From assembly GCA_020137815.1 (NCBI GenBank), contig CM035358.1:5828001-5892000 (forward strand): a DNA stretch of 64,000 nucleotides, given 5' to 3'. Positions 35,755 through 49,693 of the stretch are shown piece by piece (position 1 is the first letter of the stretch; each line of letters starts with the position of its first letter). The notes under the pieces are model-generated. The model did no database searches, was not told the DNA's origin, and saw only the letters and a program-made list of their open reading frames with translations. The stretch is from Hormiphora californensis (lineage: Eukaryota; Animalia; Ctenophora). Both the position numbers and the translations under genes were made by a program.

Positions 35755-38700
35755 ATGAGTAGTGCTAAGGTTTTATTGGTGGTTCTTATTGGGTGCTTCC
35801 AACTGCTGGTACAGGGCGATGAACATAACCACAAGGTGGGTATTTGTTTGTTTGTTTGTTTCTTGTCCTTCTATTTAACCACCCCTCAGCCCCCACCCTC
35901 ATATCACTAACCCATCACTAACCTACTCAATGCACCACTTACATCTTTTAACTAACCACCCTATCTAACCACCCTATCTAACCACTAACCTCCCCTCAGT
36001 ACATGACAGGGGAGGAGGTGGTATTATGGATGAATACGGTGGGACCATACCATAACCAACAAGAAACATACAAATACTACTCTCTGCCATTTTGCAAGGT
36101 TAGTCTAGGGGGAATTTTTTTGCTCACACCGTCACTCGTCAGTCGGCGAGGGTTCGGTAGTGTTCGGAAAATACTAATTACAGTCGGACCCCGATATGCT
36201 TTGGGGATAGCAACCGAACAAAAGTTTACATCTTGTTATCATCATACTACATGACTGTCCCGCACGCTGTCTTTGTATTGGTTCGGAGAGGGCAGTATAT
36301 TGTGAGAAAAATTTTCTTTACAACTTACTAAAGTATAATTATCCTCTGGGGATTCTGCAGCCGGAGAATAGCTAAATTGAGATCGCTCAATGTGTGTGTT
36401 TACTTATAATCATCCTGTATAGGGTCCAAAAGTGAAAAGAGGGCATATCTCATTACCACGAAACACTTAGTAATACTGGTCCCTGATTGGCTGATAACCA
36501 GTCACGTGACCTAATAACGAGTTCTGATTGGTTGTTTACTTGTATAATCATCCTGTATAGGGTCCAAAAGAGGGCATATCTCATTATCATGAAACACTTG
36601 GGGAGAATATTCTTGGCGTGGAGCTTGCCTTCAGTGGTCTGGACATCAAATTCAGAAGTAAGTGGTAGGGGTGTATGTGATGTTTAGTTGTATGTGATGT
36701 CAAACCACTTAACTCTACCTAGATCTGAAGATCTATTTATCTCTTACTTCGCAAGCTGTTTCATCGGTGTTTTTCTAAACCCTCCCGCCCTGACCACTCC
36801 CTTTTCTAAACCTCCCTCCCTCCTCTAACCTCTCTCCCCTTTCCGCAGTGGACACGCACAACACAGTGTACTGCACCAAGACCCTCCCTCCCTCCCCTAA
36901 CCACTCCCTAAACCCTCCCTCCCTCCTCTAACCTCTCTCCCCTTCCCTCAGTGGACACGCACAACACAGTGTACTGCACCAAGACCCTCTCTAAAAAGGA
37001 TGTTGGGTTGTTTGTGTATGCCATTAAGAACCACTATTGGTACCAGATGTATCTGGATGATCTGCCAGTCTGGGCAATCGTCGGAGAGGAGGTTGAGAAT
37101 GAATTCTTTGTCTGGACTCACAGGTACACTAACCTGGCAGTGAAATATAGTTGGTTGCCTATAGCAACTACTAGTATAGATATTAGGTACTAGTAGTTGC
37201 TATAGGCAACTATATGCCAGTGTGGGCAATCGTCGGAGAGGAGGTGGAGAATGAATTCTTTGTCTGGACTCACAGGTATATGGTCATTTTTTTTTTAACT
37301 TGTGCAACTACCAAATTTTTTCAAATGATCATAGCAAAATAGCTGTGGCCACTGGAAATTTACTCAGCACCTCAAAAAATCGAGAAATATTAAAAGTTCA
37401 ATTTAGTGAAAGAACGGAGTCTCTAGCTTACTCCAGTGAGGTGCTATAGCATTTCTACGCCGTGAGGTGCTATCGTGAGGTGCCCCCGATTTGTAGAAAT
37501 ACCGTTTGATCAAAAATCTCCAAACTTTCAGAAATGGTGGGGATATTTCTCACTCATCAGATGAGGTGAAAACCATGGAAAAATTTACTCATTTGGTGAG
37601 GTGCAAGCCGATTTTAGAGCTAAAAGTTTACTCACTAGGGGTCAAATGAGTAAATAAAGAATTGAAACTTGGCATAAAGCAAGATTAGACAATTTCCCTC
37701 CTGATTTACCTAAAATTTGCCCTAAAAATTACTCAGCGAGTGAGGTGCAGACCCTCAAAAAATGACATATTTTACCTACTTCTCCAGTGCACCTCACAGG
37801 TTGAGCAATGACCTTGGAATCGATTAGGTAGTGTTTGGGGATGTCATATGAGCAAATTAAGGCCACTTTTAGAACTATATACTCACTGAGTGAGGTGCAA
37901 TTAGCGTTTGAAGAAAATACAGTTTTTTGGGTGCACCTCACTCATTGAGCAAAATTTTTGGAACTTTTTTGGTACAAATGATGGTTTTGAGTCTACTGCA
38001 AGTATCTAGCTAGGAAAAGTCGTGAAACGTGAGGTGCTACGGGCTTAAAAGTAGCTGTAAGTATACAGTGTAACTTTAAACACCGGTTGCACCTCATAGA
38101 TTGAGTAAGTTTGCTTACATATTTTAAAGGTGTTTATATTGGACATTTTTCAGCATATTTTCGAAAATTTTAGGAAAAAATATTAAAATTTGACGGAATG
38201 GCACACGCTTTTGCAAACATGGTCACCGGCACCTCACGAGATGAGTTTTTAATTTATTTTGCCTGTAAATCTATTCCCTATACACTTTTACACATAATAT
38301 TCGTTGGAAAATAATATTTTTTGACAAAAACTATGATAAAAGTCGAAAAAACTGAACTTATGTCATTTTCGGAAAAAATTTTGCACAAGTTAAAAAAAAA
38401 ATGACCATATGGTCAATCTATAGTTAGTTACTATGGGCAACCAACTGTTTCACTGCCAGTTTCTGCTGTGGTGTGGTTACATCATGTCATTGATCTGATG
38501 CTTCTCAAATCTGTAATACCCCTCCCCTGATGATCTGTAATACCCCCTCGCCTCCCAATTGGGCCTAATATGTAATACCCCCTCGGCCCTCCCCCAATAA
38601 GTTACTACCCCCTCCCTCTCGTATTACAGGAAGCTAGAGATAGGTTACAACAATGATCGAATAGTGGATGTATCCATGTCAATCGAAAAGAAGGTTCCAG

Positions 38701-41242
38701 TGACACCAGACACAGAACTTGAGTTTAGTTATGAAGTGATATGGCAACCCACTGAGACGCACTATGAGAAACGATTTGAGAAATATCTTGATGCCTCATT
38801 CTTCAAACACAAGGTATTTCACGACGCTTTTTGCAGTTATTTTACTATTTTTGACCTCCACCTTTTTTTCACTGTGTTCCCTCACAGCTACTACCCTATC
38901 TCGTTTTCAACAACCCCCACCCCTCCAGATTCACTGGTCTCTTCTAACACTCCCCCTCCCTAGATTCACTGGTTTAGTATCTACTAACACTCCCCCTCCC
39001 TAGATTCACTGGTTCAGTATCTTCTAACACTCTCAACCCCCCCCCCTCTCAGATTCACTGGTTTAGTATCTTCAACTCCTTTATGATGGTTATATTCCTG
39101 GTGGGACTGGTAGCCATGATCCTTATGAGGACACTGAGGAAGGATTACCAGAGGTAAAAACACAATTACACTCGAGACACAATTCTGAAATTGTTCTCCG
39201 TCTTGTACCCCTTTAATTCTGTGTTGGTATTACATAATTGCATGGTTACTACTTACGTTATAACTTATAACCTACAAGTTATTTCCTAGCCAATATCTTA
39301 CTTTAAACTAACTTGTTCACACTCTCTGTGCAGGTACAGTAAACACTGGTCCCTGATTGGCTGATAACCAGTCACGTGACCTAAATAACGAGTTTTGATT
39401 GGTTGTTTACTTTAAACTAACTCTCTCTCTGTACAGGTACAGCAAAGATGAGGAATTGGACGACATTGAGAAAGATCTGGGAGACGAATACGGATGGAAA
39501 CAGGTTAGTTGCATCAGAAATTAAGGAGGGTTACACCCTTTTCAGTATCATCATATATCCCAAGCTTTGCCTTATTCATTATTGCCCCACACTCTCACTC
39601 CGACAAACCCAAGTTAATTGACCCGTTGCATAATTAATTGCATAACAACTCTCCCCCTCCTCAGATTCATGGGGACGTGTTCAGGCCCGCCTCCAGCAGT
39701 TTCCTTTTCTCCACCCTAGTTGGTACAGGGTGTCAACTCTGTTTCTCGGCTCTCATTCTTATCATGTTAGCTGTTATGGAGAAACTGTGGACTGAGAGGG
39801 GCAGTATTCTGACTACAGCCATCTTTGTTTATGCGTCAACTTCACCCGTTAATGGGTCAGTAAATATTATTGGCATTTAGGGCAACATTACGATTTAGGG
39901 GCTCAGATTTAGGGATTGAGAAATGAGATGTGTCATAGTAAAGTTACAGAACACCTCCGGCCTGCAGCACTCATGTGCAGTCCTAACTGTTGGCTCCTTA
40001 GATCTGTGCATTATAAACTGACAGTGGTTGAGTCCACTCATAGTGCTATGTTAACGAGGTCTGAGCTCGTGTCAAATGATATTTAAATCACCGCTATATT
40101 TTATTCAACAACAACAACTATTTTATTCAGTTACGTTGGTGGAGCGCTCTACTCTCAGCTTGGTGGTAAGAGGTGGATCAGACAAAGTCTCTTTGGAGCC
40201 AGCTTCTTCCCCGGTCTAGTGTGCAGTACTTCTTTCTTTGTTAATTTCATTGCAATCAGCTACCACAGCGCCAAGGCCATCCCGTTTACTAGCATGGTGA
40301 GTGAAATTAATTAGTTACTAATTAAGTTAATTAAGTTAATTAATTAATTAATTAATTAATTAGTAATTACTAGTTAATTAGTAGCAGGGAAGAGCTAAGG
40401 TTACTGGTCAGTACTATCCCGATGAGTATTCCATTGTGTCACAGTAGTGTTATAATAGGTTTGGAGATGGGTGAGAGGGACGATCTAAAAATAGAAAATT
40501 AGGTAGGTGCGAAAAGTATGAGAGGATGAGATTAGTTAAAATATAGTTATAATATTGATTTTAGGAGGCATTGTACTAACTAGAGAGGCTTTTAGTGTGA
40601 GACTTTTCTAAAAAGAGACACATGTGTTTCTAGGAATGAGAAATAAGGAGGTGGGTGAGAGGGACAATCTAAAAATAGATCTAGGAATTACTTGCCTGGC
40701 TAGACTGTGTTTCGGGCGCCCCGCACAAATGTAAAGGGAGAGTTAGAACATAACAAGGAATTACAAATACTGGAAAGTAGAATTATTCTGGAAAGTAACT
40801 ACAATTTGACATCACATTTCAGATTGCGATTGCTGCAATTTGTCTCTTCATTGTACTACCCTTAACAATGATTGGAACCAGCTTTGGAAAGAACATCTCT
40901 GGAGCTCTTGAACCACCTTGTAGGATCAATCCGGTATGTGTGTAACATGTGTGTGTAACATGTGTGTGTAACATGTGTGTGTGTGTGTGTGTACCATCTA
41001 ACATGTGTATTTAACATGGACATTTATCACGTAACGTGTAAGATGTACATATGTGTAAGATGTAACATGTAATTATGTATCACATCTTCTGTTGCGTTTC
41101 CTTCATTCGGTGATTTATTGTTTTGATTTCTTTGAACTCTCCTACTACACCCCGACATTTTCCTGAGAAATTCTAACGCTTCAGCATCATGTTTACACAC
41201 ACACACGTTAACATGTACTTGCTTGCTAGCAGCAATTGCTAC

Positions 41243-41273
<31 letters not shown>

Positions 41274-43300
41274 CTGCTTATACACTTGTTCCATGGGCAG
41301 ATTTACGCCGCAGATTTACGCCTTGTGCATACGTTGGGCCTGATAATAAAAGGCGTAATTCAGCCTAAATTTTGCCGAATTCTGCCCATGGAACAAGGGT
41401 GTAACACCCTACTGGTTAATCCTGGTTAATCCTCTCCATTTCACCGTTCATCCATTCCACTTTCACAACTCTCATTTCCACAGTTGTATAAAATTTCCCC
41501 CTTCATTTTTCACTACGATATCGATGATCTTATATATATTGCCCCCTCTCTCTGCAGGTTCCAAGACAGATCCCTGAGAAACGATGGTTCATGGAGCCTC
41601 GATTTATCGCATTAGCTGGGGGAGTTCTACCGTTTGGTAGTGTCTTCATTGAAATGTAAGAATTTTCACTTTCATATATGGTCAATATTATGACCTCATA
41701 TGTCCATATATGGTCAATTTTATGACCTCATATGCCCATATATGGTCAATATTATGACCTCATATGCCCATATATGGTCAATATTATGTCCCACATGCCC
41801 ATATTATATGGCTCTATATTTCAGGTACTTCATCTTCACCTCGTTCTGGGCGTACAAGATTTACTATGTGTATGGTTTCATGTTGTTGGTGTACGCGATC
41901 CTGGCGATAGTTACTATCTGTGTAACCATTGTGTGTATCTACTTCTTACTAAACAGTGAAGATTACCGCTGGTAAGGGCCAAGGGGGATTTATGCGGGGG
42001 ATTTATCATGTTCTAATCCTTTTTACTTGCCTCGACCCTGTTTCACCACGCCCCGCATGGCGAAACTCTTTTACAAATGTAAGGGAGGGTAAGAACATTT
42101 TTTACGCAAAAAGAATAAAACAAAGCGAGGGGTGTAGCACATATGGTTGAGAGGTACATTTACGTACAACTGTACAGACGTAGAGGGAGGGGCGAGATGT
42201 CTCAATCACCTTCCCTGACCTCTCAATACTTCAATACCTCCCCTGCACTCTCTCACACACCCTCCCTCTCTCCCCTACACTCTCTCACCCTCCCTCTTAC
42301 TTCTCCAGGCAGTGGACTAGTTTCATCAGCGCAGCATCAACCGGTTTCTACATCTACCTCTACGCAGTCTACTACTTTATCTTCAAAACCAAGTAATGCA
42401 GCTAGAAAATAACAAGTAATACTATACACAGGTGTGTCTTGTGAATACATTACACACAGGATTACTGCAGCTGAAGTGTGTATTGCTCAGACGTGGCAGG
42501 AGCTGCATTGTAAACTTGATGTAACGCGCGAGACACAATTCTCCGGTGTACGTCTACCGGTTTGGCGCGTTCACGGACCATCCCGCGCGATGAGGCCTAG
42601 ATTTCTAGGGGCTTCATAATTAAATGTACATGAGAGTTATACATTGCATGTATACAGATGTATACATGTGATAAATAGTTTGTTATTTTCAGGATGTATG
42701 GCTTGTTCCAGACCGTATTCTACTTCGCCAACATGTTTATATTCAGTATAGGATTCGCCATCATGTGTGGTAAGTGAAAGAGGTAATCTGTGAGTAATAC
42801 TGATTAATGGGGTCTATTCTAGACCCAAATTCCCACTACCGCTGAAATTACAAGACTCAAAACTGATGTGAATACAGTATAAGTCAAGGCTCTCATATTG
42901 AATCTTTATAATGGTTGAGAATTGAGTTTACGTAACGTGTGTAGAAAATCCATTATCGTAATGTAACTTCTTTTCTCTCTCTTTATCTCTTTCTATCCAT
43001 CTATCTACTGCTGCAGCAGTAGTAATTAGTATTATGTCATTATATCTCTGCCTGACTTTCTCTCTCTACTACTAATTCATCTCTAGTCTCTACCCCTTCA
43101 GGACTCTCTCTGCCTGACTGTCTGATCTATCTATCATCTCTATCTCTTCTAATTCATCTCTTCTCCTTCCAAATCATCTCTAACCCTTCTAAATCTTTTC
43201 TACTTCCTTCTAATTCATCTCTACTCCTTCAGGAACAATTGGATACATTGCGTGCCGGATATTCGTCTACAAGATCTATGCTACAGTAAAAATCGACTAA
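35755..43300 (+). CDS. TM9SF3: Transmembrane 9 superfamily member 3, 15 exons (starts 35755, 36000, 36561, 36952, 38630, 39053, 39437, 39665, 40131, 40823, 41558, 41825, 42309, 42693, 43233)
   Basis: [93 protein letters not shown]-terminal VKID; GT-AG introns in phase. Confidence 0.96.
37281..38407. mobile_element. 1.1-kb TIR element in a TM9SF3 intron
   Basis: TIRs tggtcattttttttttaacttgtgcaa / ttgcacaagttaaaaaaaaaatgacca, flanked by TA; many internal TGAGGTGC motifs. Confidence 0.75.
41281..41403. mobile_element. Small MITE
   Basis: tacacttgttccatgggcaga ... tctgcccatggaacaagggtgta. Confidence 0.6.
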
Positions 43301-43615
43301 AAACACATTAGTTTATTAGAAACTGAAGAGAAAATACAATCAGAAAGCTACATTACCTTGGCAGAAAGTGGTCGCTGTAGTAGTAGTACAGTGTGTAAAT
43401 ACACAGGACAATAGCGGTATAATACAGATCTCTATATGAGAGTCCTAGAGTGATGTAACATATTATATCGGTTATATTTCCATTTGGGGGTAAAACATTG
43501 CATGCAGAAGGATGTTATTATTACACAATCTATCTCTCTCTCTCTAAATGGTATTCAGGAATGGTTCTATCATGTGGGCCTCGTGGGTAGAAACAACAGT
43601 CACACAGGTGTTTGG

Positions 43616-43724
43616 TAGGAACCGACCGACACAAGTAAACAACCAATCAGAACTCGTTATTTAGGTCACGTGACTGGTTGTCAGCCAATCAGGGACCAGT
43701 ATTTCCTGATTCGGTCGGTTCATG
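43616..43724 (-). mobile_element. 109-bp hAT-type MITE
   Basis: TIR (c/t)aggaaccgaccga; 8-bp TSD GTGTTTGG. Confidence 0.85.
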
Positions 43725-44786
43725 GTGTTTGGTATTTATTTTAGTTTTTGTTTTTGTGATGGCAGTGAATAATATGTATTACGGTTACACGTGGTGTGTG
43801 TAATGTGTGTGCGTTTACACGCATGTGTTTTTCAAGCGTGATCGTGTTACATGAGTGTCGCTAAATTCTGTTGAACCCATGTACCGATGTTTTACTCACC
43901 CTCCCCAGTATTTATGCCCCTCTATCTAGTGTTACTCAATCCCTCTAGCTCTCCCGACTCCCAACTTAATCACTAATTCTCTCTGTTTTTACTCTCAGAA
44001 CGACAGAACCTTCCCCATTACACCCCTGCCTCCCTCTCATCTTCCCCTTGATATTTCCCAACCTCCCTGATATATTCATCATTCCAACTTATAACCAACT
44101 CTTTCTCTCCCATTATAGCATGGCAGTATGACACGGTGTAACTACTGGTGATGAGTAGTACCGATAGTATGTTGTTTACTTTAGAGAGCACGTGACAAAG
44201 GTGCTTGTTATTGGTACGTACATAATTACACATCGATAATTTCTAAATATATTATAAAACAGTTACAAAATAATTAAAAAACGTTCCAACAGTTTTATTA
44301 ACCAAACTCCGGTCCAATATACATTCAACACTAAGCCTAGCTAATCCCATTTTTATTAATATGATAAAAACTTTGATAATAATTTTGGTTTGAAAAGATA
44401 GAGATAAAAACATCACATTTGTAATTAACAAAATCTGATTTTTTGAAGTTGTTGCCCTAAACTCGTTATTTATCGATATTTATATCTTTTTGACGTGCAC
44501 ACCACACGTTAACATGTCATAGGTGCACCAAAAAACGAGTAGACTAGGGGGGGGGGGGGCTGGGCAACTTCAAAAAATCCGACTTTAGTAATAAACTAAC
44601 CAAAAACTAAAAAGGCATATACATGACAAGTAAGTTCAGCATTAGCATCTTTTTATTTCTTGGTAAAGTTCAAAACGTCTATTAGTACTTCATATTTCTC
44701 TCTCTCTTTCCCTCTCTTTCTTTCTTCCTCTAAAAAAAGGGCGGTATGATATATACATTAAATAGTTCATTGTTCATTTACACATG

Positions 44787-47219
44787 CTACCTAAACACCA
44801 TGCTAGTCCCGACTCTCTGCAACATAAACCCTACCGGCTCATCATCACCCTCACTATCAGACACAAAATCAGAATCTCCACTACTCTCATCCACCACCAT
44901 CTCACTCTTATGGTCCACCCTAACCGTCCTTTTCTCGCCCTCGCCTCCTGGACTCTCCTCTGCTATGGGAGTTCCCATTTCCAACTGCGGTAACTCTGGT
45001 ATCGTACTCTCAAAGTTTAGCGACCCTCGAGAGTTGTAGATGTATTTCCCGATCTGGGTAACAGAAGTTGTGACTCGGTTCGCGATCACGGTCGCTCTCT
45101 CCGCCACTATTCGGAGCGGGTTCTTGTAGATGTTGGTCGTGCCCCGGCCATAGTACCCCGTGCATTTGTTCTTCTTACAGGCCGCCGAAACAGCCTTCCT
45201 GACCTGCCAAGAGCCCTGGAAAAACACCTGAGACCCGAGAGGGATCTCGGTCTCGAAATCAATCCTTCCCACCGTGTACCGGACTATATCAGGGTGGTTG
45301 TTCTGCTTCCGATAGGTTGACTCCACTTTCCCATTAGTGTGAGCGGATCTGATTCTTACAGCAGAGTCTGTGTTTGACATGAGAATCTTTAGATGAGTGT
45401 CTCCATTTGTAACAAATTTATCCACCATCCACCTCGCCCAATTAAACAGGGTGTTATCCCGTGTGGAGTAAATGATGACCAGTGGTTTGTCACCCGAGAA
45501 ATTGTACTGCATGGCGTCCAACAAGTAGTTGATACCCGACCCGGTTCCTATTAGTACCACTGTACCAGTGTTGGTGTGGACTGCCCGACTGAAGTTCCCC
45601 AGACAAGAGTGTAGCACTCCGAGGGGCAGACAGGAGCAGCTCCCATCACAGGGGAGAGTCTCATTTTGGGCATGTGTTATCAAGTCAGACATCTCTCCCT
45701 GGTAGGGACCGTAGGTGTCTAGCAGGATGGAATTAGCGGGGGTGTCCATGATTCGACCAGTATGGGACACCCTGTCCTTACCGCCCAGGGGATATTTCCT
45801 AGAATTCCGAAATACTTTTACCACAATACCAGTCGTCCATTCCCCGGCTAGACCGCCCAGGTTGGTGCCACGTCGGTTCTGGAAAGCGGTGAAAGGATGA
45901 GGGTTCTCAGACACGGAGCTGTCCCTCATTTTTAGGTAGAAGTTGGGTCCTAGAGTCTTACTGAAGTGTGACCCTGCATTCCACAGCAACACCATGTACT
46001 CACTGCCCAGTTTAACTCGATGGAACCTCCTCAATGGGACGTGGTTCCAGAAACTAAACACGATCTTATCAATGATCCACACCACAAACACGGGGATATT
46101 GAGGAGGATTGAGTGAGGGTGGGTGTGCCGCCGGACTATATCGATACAGAATATAGCAGCCATAACCCGGTGTACGTGTATGGCAACGTGCCATTTTCTA
46201 CGGTACCAAAAATAGGACAGGGGTAGGAGAACTCCAAATATAAATGTCATTTCGATGATCCTAAAGGCATCATCATATTGTAAACTTATCATCTCATTTG
46301 CCGCATCAGCATCTTTAAAACCAGGCGGTTTCCGTTCTGATAAAGGCCACTCTAGTGTTCCCAACAGCACCTGAACAGCATATCCGTCCACCAGACAGGG
46401 CAACAAGATACTCCACACGTGCAACAACATCATTACCACGAGTATCAGCCCATTGACCACATGTAATCTGATGTTAGCATTGACAATGTTACTGCAATCC
46501 AAGAGATATTTTGCGATCCAGCTGGTTGCCAGGTAACTCTCCACAACTCTTAGCCGCACTAACAACAACAGGTTAAGTGTGACTATGGAGTATCGCCCTG
46601 ATACCCTCGCACAAATGTCGTAGAACTGAACCGACCACGGGCCATCCATTATACCATCGATCTTATCACTTCCCGCTGACCCACTGCCAATTTTAAAAGT
46701 GTTTTGTCGGGGCCAGGCGTTCCAAACAAACCTATCAGCAATGGCTATCCCCGCAATAACCACATGTAAAACCCACACAAACAGCTCATAAGTGATAAAA
46801 GGTGCGTTCCGTCTCCCCAGAGTAGTCACAACCTCCTCCCCTGATCCTCCGTTTATACCGGCTGTCTCTACTGCGAACATTTCATCCCACAGTATCTCCT
46901 CATCCTTGGTATCGGTATCAGGGGTATCGATACCCCTCTCCCTCCCGTGGACCGTGAGTTTCCTTCTCCCGGGGGTTGGAGTTGCTGCTCCACCGCTACC
47001 AGGTGTATTGGTGTTCGGGATGATAAGGGTCCCGGGACGACGGACGGGGGCCGGGGTGGTGGTGGCTGTTGTGGTGTTCGGGATGATTAATGTCCCGGGG
47101 CGACGGACTGGGCTAGTGGTTGGGATAGAGAGGGTCCCAGGACGGCGAGTGGTGGGGGTGGTTGGGATAGAGTGGGTCCCAGGACGGTGGGTGGTGGGCG
47201 TGCCGCCATCAGGTGACAT
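44787..47219 (-). CDS. Ferric reductase / NADPH-oxidase-like flavocytochrome, intronless
   Basis: TM helices with heme-type His pair (RLHVVNGLILVVMMLLHVW), FAD motif HPFT, GPYQG, NADPH motif VLIGTGSGI; Thr/Pro-rich RRPGTL repeats at the N-terminus. Confidence 0.8.
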   Translation of the reverse strand: MSPDGGTPTTHRPGTHSIPTTPTTRRPGTLSIPTTSPVRRPGTLIIPNTTTATTTPAPVRRPGTLIIPNTNTPGSGGAATPTPGRRKLTVHGRERGIDTPDTDTKDEEILWDEMFAVETAGINGGSGEEVVTTLGRRNAPFITYELFVWVLHVVIAGIAIADRFVWNAWPRQNTFKIGSGSAGSDKIDGIMDGPWSVQFYDICARVSGRYSIVTLNLLLLVRLRVVESYLATSWIAKYLLDCSNIVNANIRLHVVNGLILVVMMLLHVWSILLPCLVDGYAVQVLLGTLEWPLSERKPPGFKDADAANEMISLQYDDAFRIIEMTFIFGVLLPLSYFWYRRKWHVAIHVHRVMAAIFCIDIVRRHTHPHSILLNIPVFVVWIIDKIVFSFWNHVPLRRFHRVKLGSEYMVLLWNAGSHFSKTLGPNFYLKMRDSSVSENPHPFTAFQNRRGTNLGGLAGEWTTGIVVKVFRNSRKYPLGGKDRVSHTGRIMDTPANSILLDTYGPYQGEMSDLITHAQNETLPCDGSCSCLPLGVLHSCLGNFSRAVHTNTGTVVLIGTGSGINYLLDAMQYNFSGDKPLVIIYSTRDNTLFNWARWMVDKFVTNGDTHLKILMSNTDSAVRIRSAHTNGKVESTYRKQNNHPDIVRYTVGRIDFETEIPLGSQVFFQGSWQVRKAVSAACKKNKCTGYYGRGTTNIYKNPLRIVAERATVIANRVTTSVTQIGKYIYNSRGSLNFESTIPELPQLEMGTPIAEESPGGEGEKRTVRVDHKSEMVVDESSGDSDFVSDSEGDDEPVGFMLQRVGTSMVFR

Positions 47220-48019
47220 AGGGAGGAGCTAAAAATAGTTTGAATATCAATACCAAAAACTGAAAACTACTGGGTGTTTAAACCTGGTTTTGAAATTGGC
47301 CGTACTTGCCTTGATCGACTTTCTCTCAAAAAGGGTTCGAACAAAACAGTGGACATGAACCAGACAAGAACACCAAAGCAGGATCAGCTGGTAGTTACCA
47401 CATTACTGTATGTGGTGTATGTGTCGGTGACAGTGTCGAGGCATTACTGTTGTTATGGTTGGTACTATTGCTAAGTAAATACAAATACCTGGGTATCCCG
47501 ACTCTCAGGTCGTTACTAAGTAAATACAACGGTGATTAGCACTGTACTAGGTATACTAAGTAAATACATAGGTAGTGTACCAGTGATTGGGTACCCGAAG
47601 GCAGTATTCCGGCCCTACTACCGGGGTCAATCATGTGGCTGCAGAGTTTAACATCTGTCAAACCTTGGGCACAGGTACATGTTATGTAATACAGGGAGTG
47701 GCAAATGTTAGCGCGGGGAGGTCTAAAAAAAGAGAAAAAAAGTAAATACACTGGGACCCATTTGTTAATGAAATTACCCCTCCGCGTTATAATGGCTCAC
47801 AGTATGCAATAAAAGGGGTGACTTCGTAACCAAGAGTCCCATACAATGATTGCAGTATAACAATGATAATTGATAACACCGCAACAGTACTACAGCAACG
47901 TTAGACACGTTTGAGTCGCTTGACTGTCAAGTTGACACTGTTTCCGTGCTCCGGAAAAAGAAAGTATGAACAATTCAAAGTGGGTACTGATGGTGAACAA
48001 ATCATTTTATTCCCACAGA

Positions 48020-48051
<32 letters not shown>

Positions 48052-48177
48052 GATGTATAACAAATAGGAAGTCTATTTGATCGATAATCGATAGCGCACC
48101 ACATACAGACAGATATATGCCGGATACTAAAGAATGGTTATGTCATTCTCTAGTGCGAGTTGGTGACGCTGTCACCC

Positions 48178-49420
48178 CTATCACTGCACTGGCAAGTGCC
48201 CCGTGGCCTTAGGGGGGTCTGGGGGCACAGCCCCCAGCATCAAAAATATCCCCAGTCATAACAAAACATGACTCTGAAACAATTAAGTCCGGCACGAGAA
48301 GTTCATTTGCCCCCCCCCCAGTGGGGGCCAGTGCAGTATACCATACGGATGCGACAAACGCCCTTTTTGAGCGCCTGTTTGACCATGTTCCCGATAAGCT
48401 AGCGAGCTGAAATTTTGTAGTTATAGGTACCTCTACCATTACTGTTAGTGATATAAATTTCAAGTGGATCGGTCGTTTCGTTCAAAAGTTACGAGGGGGG
48501 TCCCAAACACACCCTGTGTAGACACTATACACTATACATACACTATCACTGCGCTGGCAAGCGCAAAGGTTGCCATTCCCCCTCCCCCCAAAAGCGCCGC
48601 CAGAAACGCAGTTATACGTTTTATGGGTGTTCTGCCTGAAAAACCGGATTTCGAAAGGTTGTAGCGTCGCTCCCTTCCATCCGATTGACTTGAAATTTGG
48701 AATGTATACCCGGCTTGGGGTCTTTTACTTAAGTTTAAAATTTCAAGTCTCTATCTCATCTGGGACGGAAGTTACAGACTGGTCCCATTTGCTGAAGATT
48801 CAGTGTAACAGACCGCGCGCGCGCGCATAGGATAGACGCTTTTTATAAACCATATTCACGCCAAACGAAAAGAGATAGCAATTTCTCGTTTTCACAGCTG
48901 GTAGATCTACTGGATGTGTGTGTATTAGTTGAGGTGGGGTCCCTTTTCATCGACAGGAACGTCCTACAGAACGTCTTAAAGTCGTCATTTTTCAGACTCT
49001 GACCAAAATTCTTTGAGCTCAATTTACACCCTCAAGACGGGTTCTAATCGAAAAACGAAGACTATATCATGAAAAGAGAATTGTCTGAACTTTCAGAAGC
49101 TATATCGCGAATTTTCAAAACTAGACGTATAAGGGTCTTAAAACGCGTCTAAAGTGTTATGACTGTTTAAAAACAGATATGACGATATGGGTTTTTTCGC
49201 CATAGCGGACTCAAATCTCATCCAATCGATCTCAAACTTGGTCAATATGTTCATCTAGAAAATCCCGATGAGATTACGTACTTATAATGACGTCATAACG
49301 TCGTGACGTCGCGTTATGACGTCAAAATGACGTCAAAAATGAAAAATTTTCAACTTTCCGATTCCATCCTCTCCGTACTTTTTCTACTACATCTAAATGG
49401 ATAAAAAATCCCAAAAATGA
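48178..49420. repeat. Repeat region built from successive ~100-bp imperfect hairpin modules (probable DNA-transposon remnants)
   Basis: Repeated tatcactgc.ctggcaag starts and gacttgaaattt...aaatttcaagtc hairpins like those at 31550-31660. Confidence 0.45.
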
Positions 49421-49425
49421 TGCAA

Positions 49426-49628
49426 ATTATACCAAAACTAATTGAAATTAGTAGGCCAGAAAGGTTGCCCTATGATTTGATCTACCTTTGGCACCAGTAA
49501 ATTCCCTTTTGAAGCTAAATGAAGCATCTGTACCCTGTCTGTACCCTATGAAGGTTACGGTGGCAAAGGTAGCTCAAATCATAGGGCAACCTTTCTGGCC
49601 TACTAATTTCAATTAGTTTTGGTATAAT
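49426..49628. repeat. Palindromic MITE with ~70-bp arms
   Basis: attataccaaaactaattgaaattagtaggccagaaagg ... cctttctggcctactaatttcaattagttttggtataat. Confidence 0.8.
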
Positions 49629-49693
49629 ACAATATACATACAAGGCACGACCATTTTGCAAACATTCGCCTGGAAAAACGGCTAAAGCTAGAG

